From Gnetum montanum (Eukaryota > Plantae > Gnetophyta), in contig MNCI01003135.1 of the NCBI GenBank assembly GCA_015680685.1, positions 62,001 through 126,000 on the forward strand: 64,000 bases of DNA, written 5' to 3'. Below are positions 37,804 through 51,000 of the stretch, in pieces. Below the pieces are notes generated by a model, which saw only the letters and a program-made list of their open reading frames with translations, was not told where the DNA came from and did no database searches. The position numbers were made by a program, and so were the translations under genes. Position 1 is the stretch's first letter, and each line of letters begins with the position of its first letter.

Positions 37804-38663
37804 TGATGAGTGGCGAGGTACCCCTATGCTCAACCATATGAATATGAGCATGTATGCATGATCTAGTTAAACTCTGCAAATGAACTAGTTGTGTCACTTA
37901 GATAGTTACACATTGATCATAGTTCATTTTCTTCTCACCTGGACTAGTATTTTCTTTATCATGTATGGTTGAGTCCAGCGTGAGGTATATAATGTGATTC
38001 CTAACACTAACTACTCTTGAAGACAATGAAAAATAATCTTGATTTAAGCTAATAAGCAATAGGAAACAAAATCTAAACTAGCCTAAGGCGATGAGTATCT
38101 GCTCTTAATTATCCATACACATCCTAGACTTTGTGTACTACTTCTAGGATTATGAAGTATACATTACTCAAGTACTACTAGATATGCTACTAGATTATGA
38201 AGTAGTTATACTTAAATGTTCGTGATTAAGGCGTACTGATTTCACATTTAACAACATAAATAGTAAATCACGAGAAAATAAATATTGACTAAGAAAATAA
38301 TAAATAATCAATGATTAAACAATTAAAGATTAAGTGAATGCTACAATGATGGAATAATCTTGATCTTTATTACTAATTATGTGCATTTCTAAGTACGACA
38401 CACTCAAATAAAGGTTTCATACAATTACAATCATCACACTGTAGGCATGCACTAGGGAAAGAACTGAAACTAACTAAAAACTAATAAAAAGACTCTACTC
38501 TAAAACTTACCAACTAACTCCATTCTTGTGTGCCTGGATGCTATATTTATAGACCTACATATGAATCACAATATCATGTATTCGATATTGTTATCTAAGC
38601 TACAATATTGCGTACTTGATATCGAGTATCCAATATCAAGGCCTAGCAATCCACAATTCATCA
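37804..38663 (-). repeat. 5' LTR of element B
   Basis: Repeat of 19476-20332; followed on the minus strand by the PBS TGGTGTCATTGCTAGGCAT. Confidence 0.92.
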
Positions 38664-39981
38664 ACTATGTTGCTCGAGCTACTAGAAGGTACTATTCATC
38701 TCCACCTTGTCCAATAAAATTATTTTTTCATTTACATCTTTAGGAATGTTTGTCTAGTCCCTGTAATGATTTTTCATCTTCTTTTACTTTATGGCCTCAT
38801 TTTTCTAGGTAGTGATCCAAATGACTAAATTTGATCTTATGGTAAGCACTTCCTCCATTGAGAGATTTCGATTCTTAGCTACTAATCTTTTGATATCTTG
38901 CTTCATCCTACCAAGTTTTTCTTGCTCAAGGTATTCCTCAATTGCATTTTTTTCTTCTCTAGCTTAAGAAAACACTATTTCTCCTTGATTAGTTATTTGT
39001 TTTCTTTACACACTTAGATAAAATTAGTATTAGTATTATGCAGCATTACATTTGATATGTTGCTTCCCAAATTATATTTTCTTTCTCTTCTTTAATATTC
39101 TTTTTATTTCTCTTAATATTTTGAAAGGTTTCATTCCTTCCTTTCTCTAGTCAAAAACTTATAAGATTAGACAATAGGACTCTAAGTTACACAACTTATC
39201 CACTAATTATTAATTGTAGCTAGTAACAGTGGTATGCTTCAGTGATTAGAAGTTTTTCCCTTATCTTTAATAACTTAGGAAGATCACTAAAATATCTTTT
39301 AGAATATCAAGGATCTTTGAAATTGGTTTTCTAGTACCCACCAGTCTCCCTAGCACCTCTTCATGCTAGACTACATTCATTCCCCTAGATCTAGTTTTAG
39401 TAGGTACTTGAATGCCTATCATAATAATAATGTTAGGCATTGATGCTGTAGGAACCCTTAATGATTCTCCTACCCTGTCTTCCACCATCTCTACTATTAT
39501 TTCCTATTCTTTGTATGATATGACTATTATGGTGGTGCCTTCTTAGTCTTCCAATGCCACAAAGAAAGTGGCAACATTACCCAAAATCTTAGACACTTGT
39601 TCAAATAGTAGGTATATCACAACTTCTCCCATGGCTAGGTTAGAACATAGAGAGGATTAAGTTCTTTTGTTGGAGAATATGTTTAATAAATTATTTGATG
39701 ACAAGTTTATGATCTTTGTGACCTCATTGAAATGGTTCATGACCAAATAATAGTTAGATTACTTACCACCATCACATTCTTGCTATTGTTATTCTCTAAG
39801 TTACCTTTAATGATGATGGTGATGCCTCTTCCTTCTAGAAATTTGGAGGTACCTTCTCTTTCATCATTTCCTATTATTATGTATTAGGAACTTTTCAAAG
39901 GATGTAATTTGTGTAATAGGATATCCCTACCCTTTTGCCAAGTTTTCTGATTAAGCATAAAAATGAGAGTATCTTCCTACA
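38664..39981 (-). pseudogene. Element E ORF2, middle piece
   Basis: LSFLCLIRKLGKRVGISYY matches C LPFPCLIQKLCKWARIAQY; continuous with 18835-19475 and 61414-62155. Confidence 0.75.
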
Positions 39982-42704
39982 TGAAACACCAGCTAGAAAA
40001 TTCATGTTGTAGCTTGTAAACCTTCACAACCCAACTTGAGGTAAGATTTTGTTATAAATGTAAATTTTGTAGTCCATTAGCTACAATCTTACATACTTAA
40101 GCTTTTTGAGGATAAAAATGCCTCATAAGTTGCTACTGCCTCACCTCCTAAGTGGAAAAAGAATGTCATATCTATATTTGGGCTTGGGAATGCTGAAAAT
40201 GCCTTGGAGACTGCCAAATTTTGCATTTTAATTGGTTGTATGGTGGTTATGACCTTTACTATGCTTGAGCTACATACACCTAGTATTGGAGTTGTTGGGT
40301 TTTCCATTTTCCTAGTAGTGCCTAGCATAGTCACCATAATTTCCAACAATTATAGCATAGCCAATGTAGTCATCATAGATTTCCAACAATCTTTGCATGG
40401 CTACTTGTTGGCACATTTGGCCATTACATGGAATAGTTAGAATATTTTATTAAAAATTGGAACAATCTATGGTTGTAAATTTAGAAGTAAATTTAGAGCT
40501 TTAGTGTTGTGGGTCGATGGGTGTTTTTGGAGAAGTAATCCACTAGTAAATAATGAAAGTGCTAGATTATTCCTTATTGGAGATTTGAAGATAGCACTAT
40601 AGCAAACAAGGAATTATATTATTTACGTGAAAGACATTGGTGAAGAACGTGCTCTAAATTTTTTTGGAAAGGTCCCAATTTGAAAATCCCTATTGTTAAG
40701 CTCGGTTGTATTTTTTGGCCCTAAGATAACATTTGAAACTCTTTACAAAAAAATCAGAAAATAAAACAAAAATCAGCAGCGCCTCCATCGTCCTGAAGAT
40801 TGTACAGTGACGAGAGTGGAGGAAAAGGAGACTACAGTTGGACTAACGATTCCTGACATCGTATACCTGCTGAATGTGGCAATGGCAGGGGAGCAAACAC
40901 ACACAATACAGGTAAAGATAATATTAGTGGAGGTGCAATTGCAAGCGAAGAAGAAGGAAAATCATGGCATTCCTAGAAAATCATGCTGCAATAAAAGTTC
41001 AAAACCGCCTGCCACACGACATTCATCTTGGCTCAGACGAGCATCGCGAAAACTGCCATCAAGATGGGCATAACCAAGTCCCCGGTGCATGAAACATCTT
41101 TGCCATAAATGTAGGGACATTTAAAAAAAATTGAAACCCTCTTCCAAACATAATATACAGAGAAGGGAGTCACGTTTTGTTGAAACCTTGATTTCATTTC
41201 CAGTTTCGCAAGCCATGGCGGTTTCAGTTTTGTAGGCTACGACAGTTATGGAAGTTGTGGTGGTTATAATGGCATGATGAAGGTTCCTGTAGTTTTGTTG
41301 GATGTAGATCCACGATACGTTCACCCCTGGCTCTACAATCAACGACAGTGATTTGGAAGACGATTCACAAAAACAAAAAAATGTAGGAAGCCCTAAATGA
41401 ATTTGGAGCAAAACAAAACAAATTCTAGGCAACTGAAACCCTATGTTCAGGACCATATGTTCAGCACATCATTTTCTTTCTTCCAAGAAAATCCTTTTTC
41501 CTCACTCTTCAGCAACTGAACACCACAACGATGTCGGATGCAGCGACAGAGCCTTCTCCAGTGGTGGTGGTTGATAACAATTTTTGGCAGGACGGGATAT
41601 TTTGAAATATTTGCTTGCAGTTCCAGGCCTGGCGCCTTCACTTTGGAACCTAATGTTTGGGATTTAAATTTTTTTTTTCAGCCACTTTAATACGGGTGCA
41701 AGTGCAGACAAATTATTTATATAAATTTAAATAGACTAGCTACCATCAACGTCTACACCAAGGTAGATATTATACCTTGTTCATAAAATTACTAAGGGCT
41801 TCAATAGTATTCTTAAAAATTTTAAACGAATAAAAATGAAAAGCTATTGGACACTCGTTGGCAGTCGCATCCCAAATGGTCACCAACACTATTGTAGTAA
41901 CCATATTTCCTAGAGGATTTCAATAATGTTAGTGTAGCTCTTCAAGGCTAGCATAGTTGAGATGAAGCCAATGTAGTTACAAAAGTCTATTTACTATTTT
42001 TAGTATCAATATGTTAGTAATCATGATAGAGATATCCAGACCAAAGTCAACAACCTTGAAGCCTACAGTAGCCAAACTTGAACACCTTATTAGGTCCTGA
42101 ACATTTTTTCAACCTAACAACCTTTCACCCTCAAGCATTTTGGCATTTACAAAACTTTTGGAACACATTGGTATTTATCTTAGCACTAGAGACCCTCAAC
42201 ATAGTACCATTTCAACAAGAGTCAAGCACCATTATTTACACCACCTTCACAAAATTTGTAGATCCAAGTGAGAACCAACAAGAATGTATTAATAATTGGG
42301 ATTTGGAAGTACCTAGATCATGAATTTGGACTAAAAATTACAACCTAACGACTTTAATAGGCTTCAAGCTCTATCCAAACAAGCTTCTTGTACATTTGAG
42401 CACACAATATGTACTCATTCAACTCTATAATTTAAGCATATTTTCTATTCAATAAAGTTAATCAGTTCATTTGTAGTATATATTTCATTTCAAGTTTAAT
42501 TATGTGTTTATTCTCAATCAAATATGAATTTTTTTTTGTTTTTTTATTTTTTTTACATTCTTTAAGTCATTGGGTGATTGGGCAGATCATCTAAGGCACC
42601 CTGAATCCTATTTATTGTAGGTGCTTGAGATTTAAGATCAAAAATTATTTTCACACTTGTGATTTTTTATTTTCTTCTAGCAATCAAATTTTCGAGGTGG
42701 ACCA
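39982..42704 (+). repeat. 5' LTR of element D, interrupted at 40406-41888
   Basis: 39982-40405 plus 41889-42704 align colinearly with 60101-61413. Confidence 0.85.
40406..41888. mobile_element. Solo-LTR-like insertion (1483 bp)
   Basis: TGTTGG...CCAACA termini; flanking 5-mers CTACT and CTATT; absent from the 3' LTR of D. Confidence 0.75.
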
Positions 42705-43659
42705 ATTTTGCTAGCACTAGATGGATGTCCTTCATCTAAATTCTTAGCCCAAACATTTTCAAAACAACTCTTAAAATCAAGTTTTCCACAGTTCAAACTT
42801 TAAAACCTACAAATATCTACCATCAAACTCAATGTTGGAGTTCAAATTGTAATAACTAATACCTAGCATAGTTGTCGGTGATTTAGTTTCTACATTATTT
42901 TTGCAATAGTTGTTGGACTTTCTAGGGCTATTGTAGTCAATACTTAAAATTGCAATTTTTTCCCATCAAAACTTACATTTGTGGTATCCTAATGACTAGC
43001 GTAGCTCCACCAAAACATCCAAATCCATCTATTGTGAAATTTTATAGAAAGCCAACATAGACACTTCTAGGACTCTAGTGTACTTCTTGGAAAATTCAAA
43101 AATGTTTTACATTTAATTTTTAAAACCAGTGCACCTCTTTTAGGGGGAAGTATTCCTAGCTTGGTTTTACCAAGCAAAAACATCACTTATCACCTACCAT
43201 AGCATAGTTAGTTGGGTAATATAGTTGTTTTTCTCCATCCATAAAGCCTTTCTATGGTGAAATTTTATTGCAAGGCCAATGTAGTCCTCTCTAACATCCC
43301 AACATAGTAGTAGAAAAACCAACATTCGACCTCCATTTTTTCCAAAACCTATGCATTTTTCTAAGAGGGGTTAACACTAGTGTAGTCTTTCTGGACAAGA
43401 CAACCATTTCCTCACCCCCTCTAGTGTAAACCCTACTAGTAAAGCCAATGTAGTTGGTCCATCCAACATCTAAAACTTTCACACTTTTCCAAGTGCAGTA
43501 TACATCACTACCACTACCATCTACACCACATCTTTAATTGTAATTTTACACCATTTTTTAGCCATAACCCCTTTGCATCTTTGATAATTCCACTTTTTGA
43601 ATTTTTTCCTAATTACTTAATTAATTATAAAATTTATTAAACCAATTTTAAAACTAGTA

Positions 43660-46600
43660 AACATGTCTATTAGCCAATCAACCATGTTTCCACCTAACCT
43701 AACTCATATGACATCTAACGAAGATGTTGTGAGGGTCTATGACCTAAAATACCGTATCATAGTTGAGCATGGGTAATTTCTTAGATTAAGGAGAAAAAGC
43801 CCATATTTTTTATCATAAATTAAGATCAATAAAACTATATTTATTCCAAAAAAACAAGTTGGCTCACACATTCTACAAATGAAGGCCAAGGTCAAGCATT
43901 TGTATGAGTTAATACATCAAAACTAAAAGGAGTACACACCATCCCCCTATGAAAAAATACTACTCAATGATACTTATGTACATATATTTACTCATTTGAT
44001 CAAGATAGATGAACAAAGTAAAAATATTCATTCAAAAAGCCAACATGAGAAGTAAGTGAGCTTAAGGCTAATCCTAAACTATAAACCTTTATAGGGAGCC
44101 TCTTTTAACAACCAACACCTTAAACCATTGCACCTACTTTGGCCTTCTCTACTACTTCCATGGATCAAGTACCTTAAGCTTCATCCCTTTTCTACCCAAC
44201 CATGTTTGGATTAACACCCATTATAGTATCCCATTAGGAAAAATTCATGCCACAAATGGCCTCACTTTGCTTCTCTATGGCTTTTTCCACATAGTCTAGG
44301 CCTACATGATCATCATTATTCGTCTTCAACATTGCTTACCCCTTCTCAATGCTAGTGGCCTTCACAGTGAAATCCCAAGTAACCCAAGGGTCATAGATAC
44401 CCTTTATACTATTTTTTTCCAAACACCTGCTCCAATCTCCTTCTCCTTCTCACTATTTGGTCCTCTTACAACCATGATGACTAAAGCTCTCCCTTCTATG
44501 CCACAAACCATCATAAGGTCATAGGTCTTTCAACTCATACCACAACCCTTTGTATAGATCCCCCAACTCACTCAAATGGTCCAAGGTCTAGATAAAGTAT
44601 TCCAAATGATTCATGATCTTACAAAAGAGTTACAGAAGTTTATGGCTTTGACAACCAAAATAGTAAAAATAATTGACTTCTATCTAGATGATCTAATCAG
44701 TCTTGTTGTTCCATAGATAACTCTTCCATGAAGAATCACCATACCTCAATTCACTAAGTACAATGGTGAGGGAAATCCTAATGCCCATCTTATGACCTTC
44801 ATTTCCTAGTATTTGTTACTGCAATCTTGGTCACATACTATTATGTATATTTTCCCTATGTCCCTTACTAGGAAAGCCTTAGACTAGTACCTTGCATTAT
44901 CAAGGGAATCTATGTTCTTACTAGAAGACTTTATATCATAATTTGTTAACCATTTCAAGTATAACTTAAAACCCAACACAATGCTTGATCAACTAATGAA
45001 GATCAAGCAAGGACCCCTTGAGCCCATATAAAATTTTATGCAATGAAGGAATGCTCTTCTAAATGAGAATCTAGAACCAATAGCCAAAAATCACCTTCTC
45101 ATCATATTCAAGAGGATAGTTAACAATTTTATTAAGTTAATAATTTACTATTTAGACTCATAGTTACCCAACTAACACTTTTCCCAAACTAAGAACATAG
45201 AGGATGATGCTAAGGCTAGTCATGATCCTACCTACATGCTGTATAAGAATTAACACACATGGAAGAATAAGAAGAGGGGGTGACAAAATAATGTAGCCAT
45301 GGCCACTATGACTAAGTAAAACAAAACACAAGAGCCTAAAGAAGGCCAACTTAAGGCCCCTAACACCAATAGAAAATCATAAGACTTTAGAGCCTCTACA
45401 TAAACCAATATAATGCCTAAATTTTTGAATGAAAAGACCAATCAAAGTACACTAGGTTACCACTAAAACCATCCAAACTCCTTGATCAATTGTTGAAGAG
45501 TGGAAGAATGCAATATAAATAAATGACCAAGAATGATCATAAGAGGCATGATAAACTATGAAAAATAACCAAGAATCCCACTTTTGCAACCAAGGATGAC
45601 CTACCAATACCTAAGTACTTCAACCTTAACCATTTTTGTCATTGCCATCAACTGCTAAGTCATGATATTAAATTTTTCCTAACACTAAAATAGAACCTAC
45701 AAAAGATGATAGACAAGGGTGAGTTGGTACTTGATACCTCTAACCTAGTTAAACAATAAGACCAATCCATGTAGGTCTAAAAGAACACATTGAATTCCAA
45801 CAATAGTCCATATACTATAGCTATATTAAATGTGAATAATGATTCTAGACCTGTGCAGGAGTTGTTCATGATTCAGGTACCTCCTAGCAATCATAAGTAC
45901 CCTTCAACTTCAACTAGTTCAAGGCCCCTTTTTGTTGTATGGATATCATTGCCTACATCTTTCAACAAGATTTTTGTGATCAAAGTACCCCCTCTCATTA
46001 AAACCAAACCTATTTTTACAATCAAACCACATCATTCCATAGTGGCCAATGCAATGGCTTCTTTTCAACCAAACAACAATAGTAGAAAATTATCAAGTAA
46101 AAAACATAAGAAGCCTACACCAAAGCTTAAGAACAAGGATAACAGGTAGGCCAAGGAATGGAAGGAGGTGGGCCCACTAAAGCCCACTCCCATCACATCT
46201 ATCCCAATGATCCCTAATGCTTAGGATAATTTAGCTAGTTAATCATGGAAGGATCCCAAGCCATACGATAAGGGGAAAGAGCCAAAACACAACCACTAAA
46301 TCATGAAATTTGCATCCTAAGGTGCATGGAGGAAGTTAGGAATAATAAAAATGAGAAGTCAACAACTAATTACAAAGACTTTCTCAATGCCATGGAGTAG
46401 GTCAAATAGTCTTTAAAATAAAAGGAGACATCACTTAGCCTATATGTCATTGTAATGACTTCCACTACACAATGCAAAGCATTAGTGAAGATGTTGATCT
46501 CTATTCCTATTAGTGAGGACATCCCTACTAGTGAAGAGTCCATTCACATAGTGATGATACAACCTTTACAAAAGGAAGAAATAGAGTCAACAACATGAGT

Positions 46601-47250
46601 GTTTCATGATAGCAAAGTTAACACCAACCCCTAGATGATGAGACAACCAAGGCTCATCATTTCATAGCCATAAGGATAGGATAGTACAAGGTACATAGGA
46701 TGCATGTTTATGATGAAGCAACAATGTAATAACTTATACCATCATAGAAAATTTAGGCCTAATGGAGCATATGTAGTATACTTCAACATCTGCTCTTAAA
46801 TCCTTTAATGGATCTTAGGTTTCTATAAAAGGCTCAATTTCTATAGACTTTGTGGTAGGGGAAAAATTCCCCATAGTGGCCAACTTCTTGATGATGGAAG
46901 AGATAGCAGGATTCAATTTCATCATAGGGAGGCCTTGGCTTGCTCAATTATGATATATTGCCTTATCCATCCACCAAGAAATTTACCTACCTTATGAGGG
47001 AGGTGAGATAATCATCCATGACAATAGTGCAGTTCCATTGATAGTCAAAAACATTGACATAGAGCAAGAATTTGAAATGTAATTTCAAGAAGAAACTCCT
47101 ATTGTTAACCATGAAGTCAAGAAGCTCAATAAAGTACAAGAGGCTAAAACCCACAATGATGCACCCATGAATGCATCATATGAAGAACTCTCCTTAAATG
47201 TGCTTAGTGAAGGAAATGGGAAATACATGATTATGCAAAGTAGACCATAC
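43660..47250 (+). pseudogene. Element D gag and protease, heavily degenerate
   Basis: ITIPQFTKYNGEGNPNAHLMTF (about 44735-44800); FCHCHQLLSHD knuckle remnant (about 45635); FNFIIGRPWLAQL..IALSIHQ (protease C-terminus, about 46910-46980). Confidence 0.75.
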
Positions 47251-48002
47251 ACATTTCCTAATTTTTTTTAAGATTAGGAAACACTTTTGTAATGGATGTA
47301 TTCCCCTCTAATTTTCTCATCCTTGTATGTACAACCACATAGCCTCCTTTTTCTATAGCCTTCCTAGCCTAGTCAAAACATTATTTTCATGCACCATTTT
47401 TCTTTAATTTGTTTCGCATTATTTTAACTTTATTTTATAGGTATCCTAAAGTTTATTCTTATTTATCATTTACCTTTATGCCTTTTCTATTTTAGAACAT
47501 AAAATATAAAAATACCTTAAAAACTTCAAAACCTGAAAACTCATAAAAAAATTTAAAACATAAACTGATAAAAAGTTTTCTTTTTTAAATTGTACAACCT
47601 ATCATGCCCTAAAACTAGCAAAATACATGACCTACCATGGCCTAAACTTGGAAACCCCTTATTATTGTTTACAACCTAATTTACATTCTAGTTTCTTATT
47701 CAATTTTATTACTTATTAAATTATGACCATAAGATTTAACCAATGTAGTCTTACAACATGAATAAGAATGTAAAATGCATAATACGAGTGAAAAATTAAG
47801 CATCAAATCATTAAGTATTAGAACATATAAGTGAAATTAAAATTTAAAAATAATAATAGTCTAAATATTTGTCACATGATGTGATAAAAGATTAAAAAAT
47901 GCATAAAATAATGAACTGTCTCTCAAGGATCCATGGCTAACACTAACCACAACATCATAATGACATGATCAACAATAACAAATAAAGTAGCCAAAGATGA
48001 CA

Positions 48003-51000
48003 ATCAAATGATGGTGCTAAGGTGCTACTATAGAAGGTGGAGAAGCATCTCCAATGTCATCACCACTAGGGCTGCTAGCATCACCTAGTTCCATTATAAC
48101 ATAAGTCTAATCAATAATTGACACATGAAACTAAATTCAATTAAACTAAACTAAACCAAAACATGCCAAAAAATATAAAATAAGCAAACTTGGAAGGGCT
48201 TTCATAACATCATTTGATGGAAGGCTCTAAATGCCAACCTCCAAATGATGGAGGATTTGATCCTTGGTTGTGTGGATCCAGTCCACCTCCCCAAGATTAA
48301 TATCTATTAGGATATTACTTTCATCAATCTTGATTAATCTAGGTAGATCCCACAAAAATATAACAATAGTTACCTCCCCAAATGCAGTAGAGACCTAAGG
48401 AGATGGAGAGTTAGCCACTGTTAGAGAGCCTTCAAATAGTATGAATACACACTTTACTTAAATCCCCTTCATGAATAGCTTTAACTTGCATCATTTGATG
48501 AACTCCTCTTTCAACAACTTAAGATAAGCTTCATGTTCAACCTTATACTTCTTTTTGTGAACTTTTTCTACCTGACCCCACTCTAGGTTCTAGGCACAAT
48601 AGTCTCTCCACTTCTTGGCCTTATTTACCAATAAGTCCATCTATAGTATTTTCTTGGAAACCTCTCTAGTAAGGGCAACCTTGCCATGGATGGTATTCTA
48701 GTACCATGCCCATTCCATCTCTTTAGTTCATAAGGAACTCCTATTGGTCACTTGGGCATCAACAAATTCCTTGCAATCTTTCAGATATCTATTCACATCA
48801 ACTAGTATCTTATTTTTTATTTCCAATCTTTCAACTAGTTCCCATAGAAACTCATTGAAACATTGGGTTTCCCATGAAATTTTAGTGCATAAAAATGCAC
48901 ATTGAGTGGCACTTTCATACAACCTTCATGGAACATTTTCTATATCTAAGGGTAAGCTGGGCATGACGTTATTCTCAATGGGATGGTTAGGATCCCATAT
49001 AATCTTAGACATTAAAAAATAATACAAAAATACATATGTGAAAATAATAAATGACCACATAACCAAGAAATAATGATAAAACAATATAAGTAAAATAGTA
49101 CAACTACAAAACTCTTTAAAAAACTAAAAGAGCAAGATAAGCTAATTTCTTAGCAACATTGGGAGCAATCTGTTGCAACTGATCAATAATTTCTTTAGCC
49201 ATCCCATGCATGAATTCCCTCTTATTATGAGTGTCTACCCATGGCTTCATGTGAAATGTGAAGGTTGAATTAGTGGGTTGAGGCTTAGCAGCTACAACAA
49301 GCATACCAATCAACTAGCAATTAAGACCAAGCTTAAACATAAAACAACAAAACTCAAATGTATGAAACAAAATGCATATATATCTAGATCATCATTTGAA
49401 ATGATAACAAGGAGTTCACCTAGGTATGAAGGGTTAAATATAGCATCGAAATCATCCAATGTGACATTGGATAATCCCTAATCCTCATGTGGTTGTAGGA
49501 GCTCCTCGGGGCACTTTTGCTTCACCTATGTTATTATTATTTGGGCTACCAATTCCTCTTTCTTTGCTACAAGACCAAGAAAAAAAAAATTTAGCATAAC
49601 TTAGCATATTTTTCCTAAAACAAAATAACAACAGAACCTAAAAACCATAAAAAATTTAAACACAAAACAACTAAAAAATAAAACAAACTAAAACTTATCT
49701 AAAACCACCTTGGTTGAGTCTAATAACAAATCTCCTCTTGGAGGGTTGTTCAATCATTGGTGCTACTTCCTAAATAATAGGCCTCTTTAGTTTGGGTCTA
49801 GCTACACCTTTAGCTTTAGCACATAATGTTTTAGCCTTTTCAATGTTGATACACTCAAACTAGGACTCAATCCCCATCTTGTTAAGGGAAGCACAATGCC
49901 TACAACTAAGTCCCTTAGTGCTAACAAACTACGACTCCCTAACATCCTCTGGTGTATTCAAAGCCTAAATTATGGGAAAAATATGTTTTACCCAATGCTT
50001 TGTGAGTTGGTATGCATCTTGACTTGCTCATTGTTCATTCTTCCTCAGCACTAGGAACTCTTAGAACCTCCTTAGATATGCCATGAGAAATTCATAGTGC
50101 ATGTGAAATTTCATCGCAAAGCTATTTCAGAGTTTAACGATCTCCCCACATAGCCTGAAAGCCAAATGAGCAATCCAATTAAATTGATCATCCTCCAAAA
50201 AAAGCTTGTTTTTGATCAATACTTGTTCAATGCCCATGATGTTTCCCTATGATAAAAATGTAGGGAATGCCTAGGAGTGCAATAAGGAATATGCCTCTTT
50301 AGCCTTTGCAACCGAAAACTAGTTAAGAGATAATCCCTTGTAATCATGATGAGTGTCTACCACCCTTCCACTTACTTTCTTGGGTGATAACCTTCAATAC
50401 CTCATGAGGAATGCTAAAGAGGTCATGGAAGATGGACAATGTGATAAGCACACCATGAACCCAAGTGATGAACTTCTTCATCCTTTTGTTAAGGGAGTTA
50501 TTAATGTTTACCATCATAAGGGTAGGAATGGTTGGGCTAGTGGCCATGAAAAAAATCAAGAAAACCTGCATCAATGACATTTTCTTCGATGTTTCAAGGC
50601 ATCCTACTAGCCAACCATTGCTATGCCAAATCCACATCATCATACTTGAGGATAAGAATCTTCTCAAAGAATCTTGAAATGACCAATGTGATGGTGAAGG
50701 AAGAGGTAGCCCCTACAATACAACAAGAGCCCAATTAGCTTAGGCATATGAACATTGCATAAACAAAAATATAAGTATAATGAATCAAAATCAAATCTAT
50801 AACCATACCTATAAAATCATTTAAACACCTAAATCCTAGACAACCTCTAATTGTGTAACCATGAAAACATTGAAATAGAATCAAAATAAAATATAACAAA
50901 AGAACAAAAAGAAAACAAATTCTTACTTGTCTTTCTAATGAAGATAGTTTGGGGACACTAAGGGAGATATGCATATCTATATCAAAATTAGGGATTCCCC

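Larger units (their letters stand above)
19476..38663 (-). mobile_element. Element B: non-autonomous Athila-like element (gag plus full ORF2, no pol) with element C nested in its gag
   Basis: LTRs at 37804-38663 (5') and 19476-20332 (3'); perfect 5-bp TSD ACTAT at 19471-19475 and 38664-38668; degenerate tRNA-Asp PBS at 37784-37802; PPT at about 20333-20341. Confidence 0.93.

Noticed and set aside
40807-41641. ORFs of 64-111 aa in the solo-LTR-like insert
   Set aside because: No recognisable domain; overlapping frames on both strands suggest chance ORFs in locally GC-richer DNA.
42705-42728. Primer-binding site of element D
   Set aside because: The position fits, but the sequence is too decayed to assign a tRNA.
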